From Squalus acanthias (Eukaryota), in NCBI GenBank assembly GCA_030390025.1, contig CM059432.1:95854001-95918000 (forward strand): a stretch of DNA of 64,000 nt, in the 5' to 3' direction. The stretch's first letter is position 1; each line of letters opens with the position of its first letter. This document shows, piece after piece, positions 1-13,528 of the stretch. Under the pieces are notes generated by a model. The model ran no database searches and was not told where the DNA came from. It worked only from the letters and a program-made list of their open reading frames with translations. The translations under genes were made by a program, and so were the position numbers.

Positions 1-69
1 ACATAGAAAAATTCCCAACGTACAGGGAAAATCCCGAGCAATTGCAACAGAAGTATCTGCTTAAATAGT

Positions 70-316
70 CATTAGCACAAGTGCCTGTGAGTCAGAAGGC
101 TGTTCATTCAAGTTCCACACCAGGACGCCCCCACATATCAAAGCTGATATTTCAGTCCAGTACGAAGGGAGTGCTACATTGTTAGATGCATCATTGTTTT
201 GATGAAATGTTAAACCAAGGCCCCACCTGTGGATATTGCTGATTCCATGGCATTATATGAAGAATAGCAGGGAGTTCCCCAGCGTTCCTCAGGCTAACAT
301 TGCTCCCTTAACCAAG
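70..316 (+). mobile_element. Degenerate tRNA-derived DeuSINE, interrupted by the CR1 at 317
   Basis: Same motifs as the better copy at 11161 (gagtcagaagg..ttcaagt, cagtac..agggagtgct, gaagaatagcagggagttc); remnant tail at ~1456-1520. Confidence 0.6.
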
Positions 317-1455
317 ATGTTTTATAGATACATAAAGAGCAAGAGGATAACGAAAGAAAGATTAGGGCCTATTATAAACCAAAAAGGAAGCTTGTGTGTG
401 GAGGCGGAAGACATGGGTATGGTTCTTAATGAATACTTTGCATCTGTCTTCACAAAAGAGAGGGACATTGCAGACATTGTAGTTAAGGAGGAGGAGTGTG
501 AAATATTAGATGAGATAAACATAGTGAGAGAGGTAGTATTAAGGGGTTTAGCATCTTTGAAAGTAGATAAATTGCCAGGCCCGGATAAAATATATCCCAG
601 GCTGTTAATGGACTGGTTAGGGGTGCAGAAAAGTGGCAAATGGAATTCTATCCGAAGAAGTGTGAGGTAATGCATTTGGGGAGGGCTAACAAGGCAAGGG
701 AATACACAATAAATGGTAGGATACTGAGAAGCGTAAAGGAATAGAGGGACCTTGAAGTGCATGTCCACAGATCCCTGAAGGTAGCAGGACAGGTAGATAA
801 GGTGGTTAAGAAGGCATACGGGATATTTTCCTTTATTAGCTGAGGCATAGAACATAAGAGCAGGGAGGTTATGCTTGAACTGTATAAAACACTAGTTAGA
901 CCACAGCTAGAGTACTGTGTACAGTTCTGGTCACCACATTACAGGAAAGATGTGATTGCACTAGAGAGGATACAGAGGAGATTTACGAGGATGTTGCCAG
1001 GACTGGAGAATTTTAGCTATGAGGAAAGATTGGATAGGCTGGGGTTGTTTTCTTTGGAACAGAGGAGGCTGAGGGGAGACTTGATTGTGGTGTATAAAAT
1101 TATGAGGGGCCTAGATAGAGTGGATAGGAAGGACCTATTTCCCCTAGCAAAGAGGTCAATAACCAGGGGCATAGATTTAAAGTAATTGGTAGAAGGATCA
1201 GAGGGGAGTTGAGGAGAACTTTTTTCACCCAGAGGATGGTGGTGGTCTGAAACTCACTGCCTGAAAGGGTGGCAGAGGCAGAAACGGTCATCACATTTAA
1301 CAAGTACTTGGATATGCACTTGAAGTGCCGAAACCTACAACGCTACGGACCAAGAGCTGGAAAGTGGGATTAGGCTGGATAGCTCTTTTTCGGCTGGCAC
1401 AGACACGATGGGCCGAATTACTTCTTTTTGTGCTGTAAATTTCTTTGATTCTATG
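317..1455 (+). mobile_element. CR1 LINE 3' fragment with internal deletion of the RT core
   Basis: ORF2 peptides NEYFASVFT..PGPDKIYPRLL, then KWQMEF..YKTLVRPQLEYCVQFWSPHY; 3' tail ttctatga. Confidence 0.9.
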
Positions 1456-3119
1456 AACAGTCAGCATTTCAAAGTAATTTATTTGGGCAATGTAATAAGT
1501 TGATATATAAATGCATTCACCTTTTAAAATAAAAAATCCAGTAATATTTAAACTATAAAGTCACAGAGGAAATCCACATGAGCCAAAAACTATAATCCAC
1601 AGAATATGAGCTATGAATTGGAGAGAAGGTTGGGGTTATATATGAGTAACACAGTATTTTTTAAAAATGAATATTCTGGGCTCAATCACGGATCCCTGTC
1701 AGAGGTTGGGCTCAGTAAGCCTGATGGAGGCAAAAATTCTGGTGGGACCTGGAAACAGCTCTTCACCACAAGTCTATTGGTCAGTCAATTCTAAATGAAG
1801 CCTAGGGCAAGCAAGACCTCTGTCTGCTTCAAACATGTCCCATGGACGCTAGAGGGGATGGGGGCCAAGGGGAAGGACTTCCCACACCAGACATTTCCTT
1901 GACCTCTGCTTCCTTGACCTGGACTTTGGGATAAACTCAGGTTTACAGTTGCCCAGGATGTGTCCATAGTGGCCAGGGCACTGGCCAGTGGCATTTAAAT
2001 TAGGTGATCTCCCCCTACCCTCAGATACTTCAGCGGGGTCATAGACGTAGGCCTACGACGGGTGCTCCATGGCACTTACGCCTGTTGAGCGGTCCTGTGG
2101 ATTTTTGGGGTTAGTTTCTTTAGCCCCAATTTCAACTCGGGGCAGGGAGTGAGACAGGTGGGAAATTGTCCTGAACTCAGCAGAATGAGGCCCAGAAGTT
2201 TTTAACTCCCAGGCATCAACTTCATAGGCTCCGTTAGTCTCCTGCCCGAAACCGGTGGGGAGCAGCAGCTAATTAGAGGCTGCGATCACAATGTGTGATG
2301 GCAGGATGGAGTCCCCTGAACTCATGTAAGTCGTGAGGAAGGGGTTCAGGATGGCATCGCGATCGAAGGGGGGGGTGGGGGGGAGCCTGGGGCAGGGGAG
2401 GCCTAAACTTTCCTTGTGCGGCCCAGAGGAGCACTCCTGTTAATCCTAACCCCACAATTTAAGTCAAAAAATGTAAAAGGACTTACCTTTTTGGGTCTCT
2501 TCTGACCACGACTCCTCTTCCCACGCAGGCTTCTTGTTAAAATAGCAGTCGCACCCTGATGACATCATCAGAGCCCAATCTGCATATTTAAAGAAGAAAC
2601 CTGACAGTTTTCAGGCAGGCAGCCCTCTCGGCTGCTCAGAAGAGCAGGTTAAAATCAGAACCTGCAGGATTGGTGTGGGAAGTCATCGAGTTCATCCCAC
2701 AGGCAATTTTAACTGCCTGCTTGCTCGGTTTTCACCAAGTGGGCAGGGTTAAAATCACCCCTTTTGTGTCTCTTGCAAGCCTAACCAACAGTTAGCACCT
2801 GTTACCTTTGATGGCTCCACTCTTCCCTCTTCATTTAACATTCTTGGCTTCACTATCAACTCTTTTGTATTTGCCCCTTCAACAACCGTTAACTGCATAT
2901 AAATCCCAAGTCTGAACAAAATTTGAATAGTGCTCCCATATTTGGGGAGGCTCTTCTGACCCCTCTCTCATAATCCTGAAAAGATACAAGAAAAAAATTG
3001 TCATCCATTAGGCAATCCTTCTTGTCCCCAAGAGAATCCAACCTCTCTCTCGAATGCAACTCCTTTTATTATTGTTCTCTATGTATAAATATGATTATGT
3101 CCTCCTCTGAACTTTTTTA

Positions 3120-3795
3120 GGGAAAAATTGGGTGGCGCCCCTCTTGGGGCACTAACGTCGCTAGGGCGCTAATTTTAGTGCCCCGAAAAAGTTAGCGCCC
3201 CTCTGCCGTAATTCAGTAGTAGCGCCCCAAGCAGGAGGTGGGGTGCTACTGGAATGCGTTCCACCTCCTGCTTGGGGCGCTACTACTCAATGTCGCGTTG
3301 CTATGTGCAGCAGCGCTACGCGAGGTGACACGTAGTGCCACGTCATTGCAGGCCTCCTCCCCTGATTAAAGGGGAGGGGTCTAGCATGGTGCCGGATCTG
3401 CGGGGAGCGGGGCGCTGTGAAAACTCAAGAGGAGGGCCGGGCTGAGGGATCGCGGCCGGCACCGCGCATACAAAAGTGAAATGGGGCAGCTGCTGGCAGT
3501 CGGACAAAATAAAGATGGCCGCCCGACACCTGCTCCTTTAACTTGCGCCACCGTCGCTGCAAAAACACCCCCTGATCCTGTCGGACATAATGTCCGGCGA
3601 TAGGTCAAGGGGCGCAAGGGTAGTTTACGGCCAGGGCGCAAGCGGGGTGCTGCGCACGGTGATGACGTCATCAGCGGTGGCACAGCGCCACAGGGCGTTA
3701 CCGGCTACCTCCGCCACTAACCTCCCACTGAATTCCATGGGAGGTGTTAGCGGTGCCACCCCCAGGTGCTTGGGGATTTGCCTAATTTTTCCCCC
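3120..3795. mobile_element. Harbinger-type non-autonomous element (MITE)
   Basis: Termini gggaaaaattg / aatttttccccc; many tagcgccc/gggcgcta subterminal motifs shared with 18407-19105 and 52625-56878; TSD unclear. Confidence 0.7.
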
Positions 3796-5812
3796 AAAAC
3801 TCTTATTCCTCCTATACTGTGCTATGTGCTTTTCCTGCTCCCTGCATCCTCATTGCTTTGAAATTCAGACTTAATGCACTGTCTTTAACTTTACTGCATT
3901 CTTTAAATGGCCTCAAAACTTACCTCCCTCAGTCTTAGCTTCCTGCTAAAATCTGCAGGTTTCTACAACCTAAGCTACGCATCACTGGTTCCTGATTTAC
4001 CGCGTCTCTTATTCATGTAAACCTGGGCTGTGACACCGCATATGTGCTTTAGTCCTTCACCTCGGCCACTTCATTTATAAAGCTGGAGAGAAACATCAAA
4101 GTAGTCATGAAAAAAGTAGCTTCATGTGATTTTGGCACATTAAAGAGACCTTGCTCAAAGAAGTGACAGTAAAAGAAAAACGTCAAGCTCCCGGCTCACA
4201 GCTTCAGGTGCTGGCTAATGAATATTGGGGTTTTGGGCAGAAAGATGAAAGATCCAGGATGGGAATACTGACTTCCCTGCCTCAATTTCTGATGTATGCT
4301 CCTGAAGCTCCATGCCGGGGGTGCAAATTCCTAAAATTGAGCCTTAAAAGTTCACCTAAAAGGTAAGAAGGAGAAACATTGCATGGAAGGAGTGAGTAGA
4401 GGAGGCAGGTAGTGCAAGCTCAGCAATCCTTTTAAAGAAAAAAAAATTACGGGGGTAATTTGACGTTTGGGCGACTGCCTAGCGGAGTGCGCTGCACCAG
4501 CGAAGAGGCCCCCATCATTTTAAGGCCCTGGCCTCATTTAAATTTGGCAGGTGAGCTGCGGAGCGCCAAGCAGGCGTCCCGATGAAGCTGGCTGAATTGA
4601 GGCTCCCAAGATGGTGCCGGAGCAGACGTCCACAAGGTATGTTGCAGGGAGGGAGTCATGATTGTGGAGTGTGGGGTCCTGGGCGGCAGCGGCCCAGGGT
4701 ATTTTTGTGGGCTCCGGAGGAGCGCCCTTGTTCCTGCGGGGCCCACAAACATAATTCGACACTTACCTTGGGAGGGCCTCTTCGGTTACATCGCCCATGG
4801 AACCGGTTGGTATGTGCACGGCGCAGGCTGCAACCAATTCCGACCTAAAGTTGCAATCGGGGGTCCTACTTATGCCATAGGATTCCGATTTCCTTATTAA
4901 AAGGAGCCTATCGCCTGAAACAGACGGGCGCTTTAGACACCCACACTAGGCAATGCAAATTAGATACATTTCAGAAAGTAACATTTTGGGATACAGTATA
5001 TGAGTAATTTGAGACATGACATGTGGTAAGTGTAGTATGCTTGGGAGGAAAAGGTGAAAATGGTTCTCAAACCACTGCAACATTGGGGTTTTTCTCATGT
5101 CATGTCTGGGTCTGTTGTAGACTAATTGAAAAAGATTGATTGGCCACGATTAGTCAACAACGCCATTATCACTGTACCATGCAACTCCCAGGATGGTATA
5201 ATTATGATAGGGATACTTAATGACCACCCACATACATGGCCCTCCCACATTCCTGGGTGGTGTACCCACCCCTTTAATTTTTCATTAACCTCATTATTGC
5301 CCAGACAATCAAATGACGGGCTGCGTTGCAGACTCTTTCAACAGAATTGTGTTTGCAACAGTCTGTACTATACAGTTTGAAACAAAAATAGAAAATGCTG
5401 GAAATATACAGCAGGTCCATCAGCATTTGTAAAGAAAAAAGACAGGTTAATGTTTTGAGCGTAACCTTCTGTCAGAGCTAATTAAATTCATGTTTTCTTG
5501 GTGGCCAGTCTTAACAAATCAGGAGCTATTGGCTTGGATTTTACGGTCAGCGGCGAATGAACGGCACCAGCCGTTCATTACACTTACACTTGCCCACAGA
5601 CTTTCGATGGGCTTTTACGCTGCGTCTTGCTCTGATTGGAAAGCCATTTCAGCACGGCGCCCTCTACAGGGGATCTGGGACCTATGTGAACAGGTCAAGC
5701 AACGGTGTGCTTCCTCAACCAATCAGATTGAAGAATGCTTACTGCGGCATGCAGGAAGTGTAAGTTAGAATATTTAATTCAATGTCAAATCATGTACAGA
5801 AAGTAAAATAAA

Positions 5813-8800
5813 GGGGGAAATTTTAACCCCAAAAAATGAATGGGTTGGGGTTGGGTGGTAAGTTAAAGTGTTAAAAATTTGAATCCCGACCAGAATCCGC
5901 CTCCAACCTGCTCACTTCCGGTTTTAACGAAAGCGGGACGGGGGGCGGGCAGCCAACCTGCTTCCAGGAGGCGGGTCGCCTATTTAAATATTATAATGAG
6001 GCTGGCATGCCTCAGATCTAACGACCATTTTAAAACAGTGGCTGGTCGGGTTTTGCAGGCCGCGTAAAACCCACCAGCTACTGGAAGGCGAAGACTGCTG
6101 GATCCAGGAGGTAAATGCCCTGCCTAACCCACCGCCACAACTGGAGACCCCCACAGGAGAACTCTGATCCCCCCAGGCCTCCGATTCCCTCCCAGGCCTA
6201 CGATCTGCCCCACGAGGCCTCCTACTCCATGCTCCGCTGGCCCTCATGCGATGAGTCGCAGGTCCCCGATCAGCCGCTCCTGGCCCCTCCTGATGATCTC
6301 CCTGCCCACCCCCCCTGCTCCTCCGGCCCCCCTTGATGATCTCCCTGCTCCTCTGGCCCACCAATGATCTCCTGCCACCTTCCATTCCTCCGATCATCTC
6401 CTGGCCCACCTCAACCCCTGCTCCTCCGGTCTCTCCGATGATCTCCTGCCCCACGCTCCTCTGGCCTCCCCGATGATCTATCACCCTGCCACCCCCTGAT
6501 GATCTCCCTGCTCCTCTGGCCCACCGATGATCTCTTGCCACCCTCCGTTCCTCCGATCATCTCCTGGACCCCCTCAACCCCTGCTCCTCTAGCCCTCCGA
6601 TGATCTCCTGCCCCATGCACCTCTGGCCTCCCGGATGATCTATCCGCCCTGCTACCCCCTGCTCCTCTGATGATTTCCCTGCCTCCCCCCCCCCCCCCCC
6701 CCCCCGCTCCTCTGGCCTGCCTGATGATCTCCTTGCCCCCACTCTCCTCCGGACCTCCAATGATCTCCCGCCTCCCCCACCCCCACCCTGCTCCTCCAGC
6801 CCTCCAATGATCTCCCGGCACCCCCCCATCCACTCTCACGGCCGTCCGATGATCTCCTGCCCCCCCCCGCCCCGCTCCTCCAGCCCTCCGATGATCTCCC
6901 GCACCATGCCTCCCCGCTCCTCCGACCCTCCAATGATCTCCCGCACCATGCCTCCCCGCTCCTCCGACCCTCCAATGATCTACCGCACCATGCCTCCCCG
7001 CTCCTCCGACCCTCCGATGATCTCCCGCACCGTGCCTCCCCGCTCCTCCGACCCTCCGATGATCTCCCGCACCGTGCCTCCCCGCTCCTCCGACCCTCCG
7101 ATGATCTCCCGCACCGTGCCTCCCCGCTCCTCCGACCCTCCTATGATCTCCCGCACCATGCCTCCCCACTCCTCCGACCCTCCAATGATCTACCGCACCA
7201 TGCCTCCCCGCTCCTCCGACCCTCCGATGATCTCCCGCACCGTGCCTCCCCGCTCCTCCGACCCTCCGATGATCTCCCGCACCATGCCTCCCCGCTCCTC
7301 TGACCCTCCAATGATCTCCCGCACCATGCCTCCCTGTTCCTCCAGCCCTCCGATGATCTCCCGCACCGTGCCTCCCTGTTCCTCCAGCCCTCCAATGATC
7401 TCCCGCACCATGCCTCCCTGTTCCTCCAGCCCTCCGATGATCTCCCGCACCATGCCTCCCCGCTCCTCCGACCCTCCGATGATCTCCCGCACCATGCCTC
7501 CCCGCTCCTCCGACCCTCCGATGATCTCCCGCACCATGCCTCCCCACTCCTCCGACCCTCCGATGATCTCCCGCACCATGCCTCCCCGCTCCTCCAGCCC
7601 TCCGATGATCTCCTGCCCCACGCTCCTCTGGCCTCCCCGATGATCTATCCACCCTGCCACCCCCTGATGATCTCCCTGCTCCTCTGGCCCACCGATGATC
7701 TCTTGCCACCCTCCGTTCCTCTGATCATCTCCTGGACCCCCTCAACCCCCGCTCCTCTAGCCCTCCGATGATCTCCTGCCCCATGCACCTCTGGCCTCCC
7801 GGATGATCTATCCGCCCTGCTACCCCCTGCTCCTCCGATGATTTCCCTGCCTCCCCCCCCCCCCCCACCCCCGCTCCTCTGGCTGCCTGATGATCTCCTT
7901 GCCCCCACTCTCCTCCGGACCTCCAATGATCTCCCGCCTCCCCCACCCCCACCCTGCTCCTCCAGCCCTCCAATGATCTCCCGGCACCCCCCCATCCACT
8001 CTCACGGCCGTCCGATGATCTCCTGCCCCCCCCGCCCCGCTCCTCCAGCCCTCCGATGATCTCCCGCACCATGCCTCCCCGCTCCTCCGACCCTCCAATG
8101 ATCTCCCGCACCATGCCTCCCCACTCCTCCGACCCTCCAATGATCTACCGCACCATGCCTCCCCGCTCCTCCGACCCTCCGATGATCTCCCGCACCGTGC
8201 CTCCCCGCTCCTCCGACCCTCCGATGATCTCCCGCACCGTGCCTCCCCGCTCCTCCGACCCTCCGATGATCTCCCGCACCGTGCCTCCCCGCTCCTCCGA
8301 CCCTCCAATGATCTCCCGCACCATGCCTCCCCACTCCTCCGACCCTCCAATGATCTACCGCACCATGCCTCCCCGCTCCTCCGACCCTCCGATGATCTCC
8401 CGCACCGTGCCTCCCCGCTCCTCCGACCCTCCGATGATCTCCCGCACCATGCCTCCCCGCTCCTCTGACCCTCCAATGATCTCCCGCACCATGCCTCCCT
8501 GTTCCTCCAGCCCTCCGATGATCTCCCGCACCGTGCCTCCCTGTTCCTCCAGCCCTCCAATGATCTCCCGCACCATGCCTCCCTGTTCCTCCAGCCCTCC
8601 GATGATCTCCCGCACCATGCCTCCCCGCTCCTCCGACCCTCCGATGATCTCCCGCACCATGCCTCCCCGCTCCTCCGACCCTCCGATGATCTCCCGCACC
8701 ATGCCTCCCCACTCCTCCGACCCTCCGATGATCTCCCGCACCATGCCTCCCCGCTCCTCCAGCCCTCCGATGATCTCCCGCACCATGCCTCCCTGTTCCT

Positions 8801-9299
8801 CCAGCCCTCCGATAATCTCCCGCACCATGCCTCCCCGCTCCTCCAACCCTCCGATGATCTCCCGCGCCATGCCTCCCCGCTCCTCCGACCCTCCAATGAT
8901 CTCCCGCACCATGCCTCCCTGTTCCTCCAGCCCTCCGATGATCGCCTGGCCCCGCTCCCCTCCCCCTGCTCCTCTGGCTCTCCAATGTGGTCTTCGGCCC
9001 CCCCCACCAATCGCTCTTCTGGCCCTCCGATGTGCTGCTCCGGCTCCCCTGACCACCCCACCGGCCCCCACCTGATCCCTCCCTCCCTCCTCTCTGCAGC
9101 CTGATGCCGCAGCCCTACCCACCCACAGCCAGCCGGCCTCTCCATCTGGGTGGCTGCAGGTGGGAAACAGAGGTTTCCCATGCAAATCAGGCTCTGCTGT
9201 TAAATTCGGCAGGGCCTGCGGGAAACCCAATCTCCTCGGTTTCCTGACTGCTTACGAGCTCCCCTGCTCCCAAACTACCAAAGTCTTAGAATTCAGGCG
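5813..9299. mobile_element. Harbinger-type MITE swollen by an internal minisatellite, inserted in an older repeat
   Basis: Left end gggggaaattttaacccc as in 13807; candidate 3-bp TSD AAA; flanks rejoin as aaataaagagagggaaag. Confidence 0.55.
6280..8945. repeat. 39-bp C-rich minisatellite (unit ~atgatctcccgcaccatgcctccccgctcctccgaccctccg): two arrays (~6890-7610, ~8055-8940) within a ~1.17-kb higher-order duplication
   Basis: Directly visible repeat; 13-aa periodicity in the ORF track; block starting ~6441 recurs at ~7608. Confidence 0.95.
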
Positions 9300-11160
9300 A
9301 AAGAGAGGGAAAGAAAGATAGGATTAAGAGAGAGATAAAAGAGACAGAAAGAAAATGTTTAAAAAAAGTTATTTGAACTTTTAAAAAAAATTTAAATCTC
9401 CAACAATAATTAAAATCTGAATTGAATTTCCCGACCAGTTTTAAAATTGCCTTTCACTAATTTGAACCTGTACCCCTGGTTCTATTCCCACAGTATAATT
9501 TAAAGTAATATTTGTGGTTAACTTTTTCTATACCCATAAGAATCTGATATATCTCTATCAGAGCACCTCTAGATGCTTCCTTTCTAGGCTGAAAACCCCA
9601 AGACCAAGAAAAACCCGACAGAAATTCTACCCCGATATCTTATCCAATTCATTCCATAACTTCTGAGCTGCTTCTTCTAATTCTGCTGCCCCCCCTAGTT
9701 TGGTATCATCTGCAAATTTGACCTCATTGCATTGAATTTCTGAGCCCAGGTAATTTCTGGATGTACACGGCAGGTCCATTGGCATCTGTGAAGAGAAAAG
9801 ACTGGTTAATACTTAGGATGTATACTCTTCACTAGAAATGGAAAGTAGAAAGTGTGTGAGCCTCTTTATAGGACTGATCAAAAGGTTATTTATCACAAAA
9901 CATTAACCTGTCTTTTCTGTTTATGTGTGCTGATGAATCTGCTGTGTTTTCGAGCATTTTCTGTTTTTGCTGCAAAGAAGCAATTAATGGGTTTAATACC
10001 TTATGAATCAGTCTACCCCAATTCCTAGCATTGTGAATTTCCATCATTTCACCACATCTCTTTCTCGAATTTAGCCCCTGCTTCTCTCTGCCTGTAATTC
10101 ACTGTCTCCTTCACACTTTACCTCAGTAGCTAACCATAGAATGAACAAGAAAAGCCCCCCTCCTCTTCCCCCCAACCCCCGGCTCCCTAGCTATCTGTCA
10201 GCTAGTTGTGCCCAGTCACTGTGAGTTGTACTTCCCTTGGTGGAGTACACTGTTTGTTTCATTCAAAACACAGATTATTAAAAAAGTAGGTGAGTTACAT
10301 TAAAAACATAGCTAAACTTTGCAGTTAATTACAGTGTTCATTTTGACAGACAGAAACAATACTTCGTCCTTATGGAGACTGATTACTGCACAGATGAACC
10401 TTCACCCGAAGTAAACACGAATCTGGAAGAAAATTGCATGCACTTGGTCTCTGTGATGCTTTTTTTTAATGAATTCTGTACCCACTTGTTCTGAACTTTT
10501 TTTTATGATTACATGTGTGAATTGCTGTGGTTGTGTTTTCTCTCTTCATTAAATTGGCTCTGTTTGCAAACTGTTGGAAGATACACGCACTTGTCTCCCG
10601 TTAGGAAAACCTCCAGCATTCAGTTTCAGAGCCTGATGACTTTCTGATGAATTGCTTTCTTTCAAGGAGAAACTCCCCTAAATTATACAGGATCCTGACT
10701 GCAGATTAGCATTCTCTGTGCCTGCCCCACAGCTCTTTTGGTGTTAGTACAGAGGGTTCATGCTGTCGCAGTCAGAGTCCCTGTGTGTCTGAAAAAGAGA
10801 GGAGCAGTGTTACAACATCATCATTTGCAGACTGTCTGTTCTGGCTGTAAAGAAATTTAATCTAGACCTGTGTTTTTAAAGCTATTCTTTATTCCTAAAA
10901 TACACGCTGCTGTGATGTGGCTTTTGGGTGTTGGTAAAAATGCACTCAGTCCCCCCATAATTGGGCCTTTGTCCCGTCTCGGGAAGGCAATTTACAGCAG
11001 TTCTAACCCCACCTTAGTCGGGACAGAACACCAATTAATTCATTCACCCATGATATTAAAAACTGGTAGTGAGCCCAGAGCTGCTAGCTGCCACCTGGAA
11101 CAGCTCCCAGTGTAATCCTATTAGTGGCACTGTGGTTGTCATTCTCTATTCCAAGTAAGG

Positions 11161-11635
11161 TGCCAGCCGTGGCTCAGTTGGTAGCTCTCTCACCTCAGAG
11201 TCAGAAGGTTGTGGGTTCAAGTCCCACTCCAGAGACTTGAGCACAAAATCCAGGCTGACACTCCAGTGCAGTACTGAGGGAGTGCTGCACTGTCGGAGGT
11301 GCTGTCCTTCAGATGAGATGTTAAACTGAGGCCCCATCTCCGGCGGATGTAAAAAGATCCCATGGCACTATTTTGAAGAAGAGCAGGGGAGTTCTCCCAG
11401 GTGTTCCTGGCCAATATTTATCGCCCAACCAACATCACTAAAAAAACAGATTACCTGGGCATTATCCCATTGCTGTTTGTGGAAGCTTGCTGTGCGCATA
11501 TTGGCTGCCATATTTCCGACATTACAACAGTGACTACACTTCAAAAGTACTTTATTGGCTATGAAGTGACTTGGGACATCCTGAGGTTGTAAAAGACGCA
11601 ATATAAATACAAGTCTTTCTTTTTTTCTTTTTTAC
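11161..11635 (+). mobile_element. tRNA-derived DeuSINE (SacSINE1-like)
   Basis: A box gtggctcagttgg, B box ggttcaagtccc, Deu-domain-like gtaaaaagatcccatggcactattttgaagaagagcagggg..cctggccaat, L2-like tail and (tctt)n end. Confidence 0.85.
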
Positions 11636-11687
11636 ATTTGGAATTTCTTCCCATTTCTTCCTCTTCAAGGATGAATATGTATTGTGG

Positions 11688-11915
11688 AATAACAACAGAA
11701 AATGCTGGAAAAACGCAGCAGGCCAGGCAGCATCCGTGGAGAGAAAAACAGAGTTAACGTTTCAGGTCGAAGACCTTTCGTCAGACGTTCTGACGAAAGG
11801 TCTTCAACCTGAAACGTTAACTCTGTTTCTCTCTCCATGGATGCTGCCTGGCCTGCTGAGTTTTTCCAGCGTTTTCTGTTGTTATTTTGGATTTCCAGCA
11901 TCCACAGTATTTTGC
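11688..11915. mobile_element. Penelope-type terminal fragment as a ~200-bp inverted repeat (11688-11886) with two hammerhead-core motifs
   Basis: Near-perfect palindrome centred ~11787; ctgacga-aaggtc..acct-gaaac on both strands. Confidence 0.65.
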
Positions 11916-12545
11916 TATCGTAATATGCATTGTGGGTTTGTTTACCACCTTGGTTTGTGGCTCCTTCAGCTCGTAGCAAATAACTCTCTATCACTAAACG
12001 TTCTGGCCAATCAGATCTGTCACAATGACCCAGTCACACCGTGTGGAAGGCACGCTCTTTTCTATTGGACATCTGTGATCGATTGGTACAGGGAAATTGA
12101 CATTGAAAGAAATGTTGGGCCCCACCTCTACCAGAATTTAGTCCGAGCAGCTGGCAGGATTTAGGACACATGGCATCATTGCTCCAGTCCTGCCTCTTCC
12201 AGTGTTGCCATCATAGAATGGGGGGGGGGGGGGGGGCACGTCCTGCAGAACTTTTGGCAGATGTAAAAAGGGGCGGAAGCCCGACTGATCTGGGTCCCAC
12301 TCTATTTTGCTCACCCCACTTCCCTGCCCAAATTGTGTGAAAATTGCATTAAAAATTCAAAGGAATTTAAGAGCCATCTAAGCCAGAATCATGTACCATA
12401 CCTATCCCAATACAATGTTGCAAGGCTTGTCTGTTTCAGGCTACAGAGAGGAATAATTCAAACTCAGACAATACTATATGATTGATTCAGTTTGTGTATG
12501 ACTGAAAGCTCCTTTTTAAACTTACGTTCCAGTAACTCTCTGTTA

Positions 12546-13330
12546 TAAGAACATAAGAAATAGGAGCAGGCGTAAGCCATATGTCCCCTTGAGCCTGCTC
12601 TGCCATGGCTGATTTTTGACCTCAACACCACTTTCCTGCCCTATCCCCATATCCCTTGATTCCCATAGTATCCATAAATCTATCGATCTCAGTCTCAACA
12701 ACTGAGCATCCAAAGTCTTCTGGGGTAGAGAAGTCCAAAGATTCACAACCCTGGCAATTTAAATATTTTAATGAGGCAGGCAGCCTCTGATTTACCCTGC
12801 TTTGCAGGTTTAACAGGGTCTGGCTGGGTTTCCCAGGCCTCGGGAAACCCGGCAGCTGAAGGGAGGTGAGGACAACTTCGGGGAGGAGGTAAGTGCCTTT
12901 ACAGTACTGCTTGTGGACCAGGAGGAGCAGGAGAGCTTCCCCCCGGCCCCCAAGCTCCTCTTCCATCAGACCCCACCCCCCATACAAAGACCTCTGGGGT
13001 TGGGGATTGGACCCTCCCCGCCCCCCCGGGGTCGGTGATTGGACGTACCTGCTCCTGCGGCCTGCTCTAGAATCCTCCCCACCTGACTGGAAGCCAGCAT
13101 GTGGGGTAACCCGAACTTCCGGGTTTCCCATCCGAAACTCTGCACCTTCACCTACGCAACCCGCCTCTGTTAATATCCAGGCCTATGACCCCTAGTTCTA
13201 GACTCTCCATCCAGAGGAAACAGCCTCTCAGCATCTACCCTGTCAAATCCTCAAAGAATTTTAATTTTAATGAGATCATCTCTCTTTCTTCTAAACTCCA
13301 GAGAATATAGGCCCATTATATTCAATCTCT
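12546..13330 (-). mobile_element. CR1 3' end (minus) interrupted by a MITE fragment (~12750-13187)
   Basis: ataagaacataagaa tail; ..gattcacaaccct / gacccctagttctagactctc; insert resembles the 5813 and 13807 MITEs. Confidence 0.7.
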
Positions 13331-13528
13331 CATCATAGGACAACCCTCTGATATAAAAGACCCATATCACAGAGTCTGTTTAATTACATGCACACAAAGC
13401 TGTTGAAAGAAGTCAGAGAGAAGATAGCAGAGGCTTTGGCCACAATTTTTTAATTATTCTTATATATGCAAATGTTGCTATCAGACTGGAGAATGGCCAA
13501 TGTAACACCATTGATCAAGAAAGGACAG

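Noticed and set aside
6890..8940. CRISPR-like array
   Set aside because: Head-to-tail repeats with no unique spacers, no cas genes, and vertebrate context.
6411..9230. Long ORFs (278-453 aa) on both strands
   Set aside because: Artefact of a stop-free 39-bp minisatellite that is open in several frames at once.
11161..11235. tRNA gene
   Set aside because: It is the tRNA-derived head of a SINE, continuing into the Deu domain and tail.
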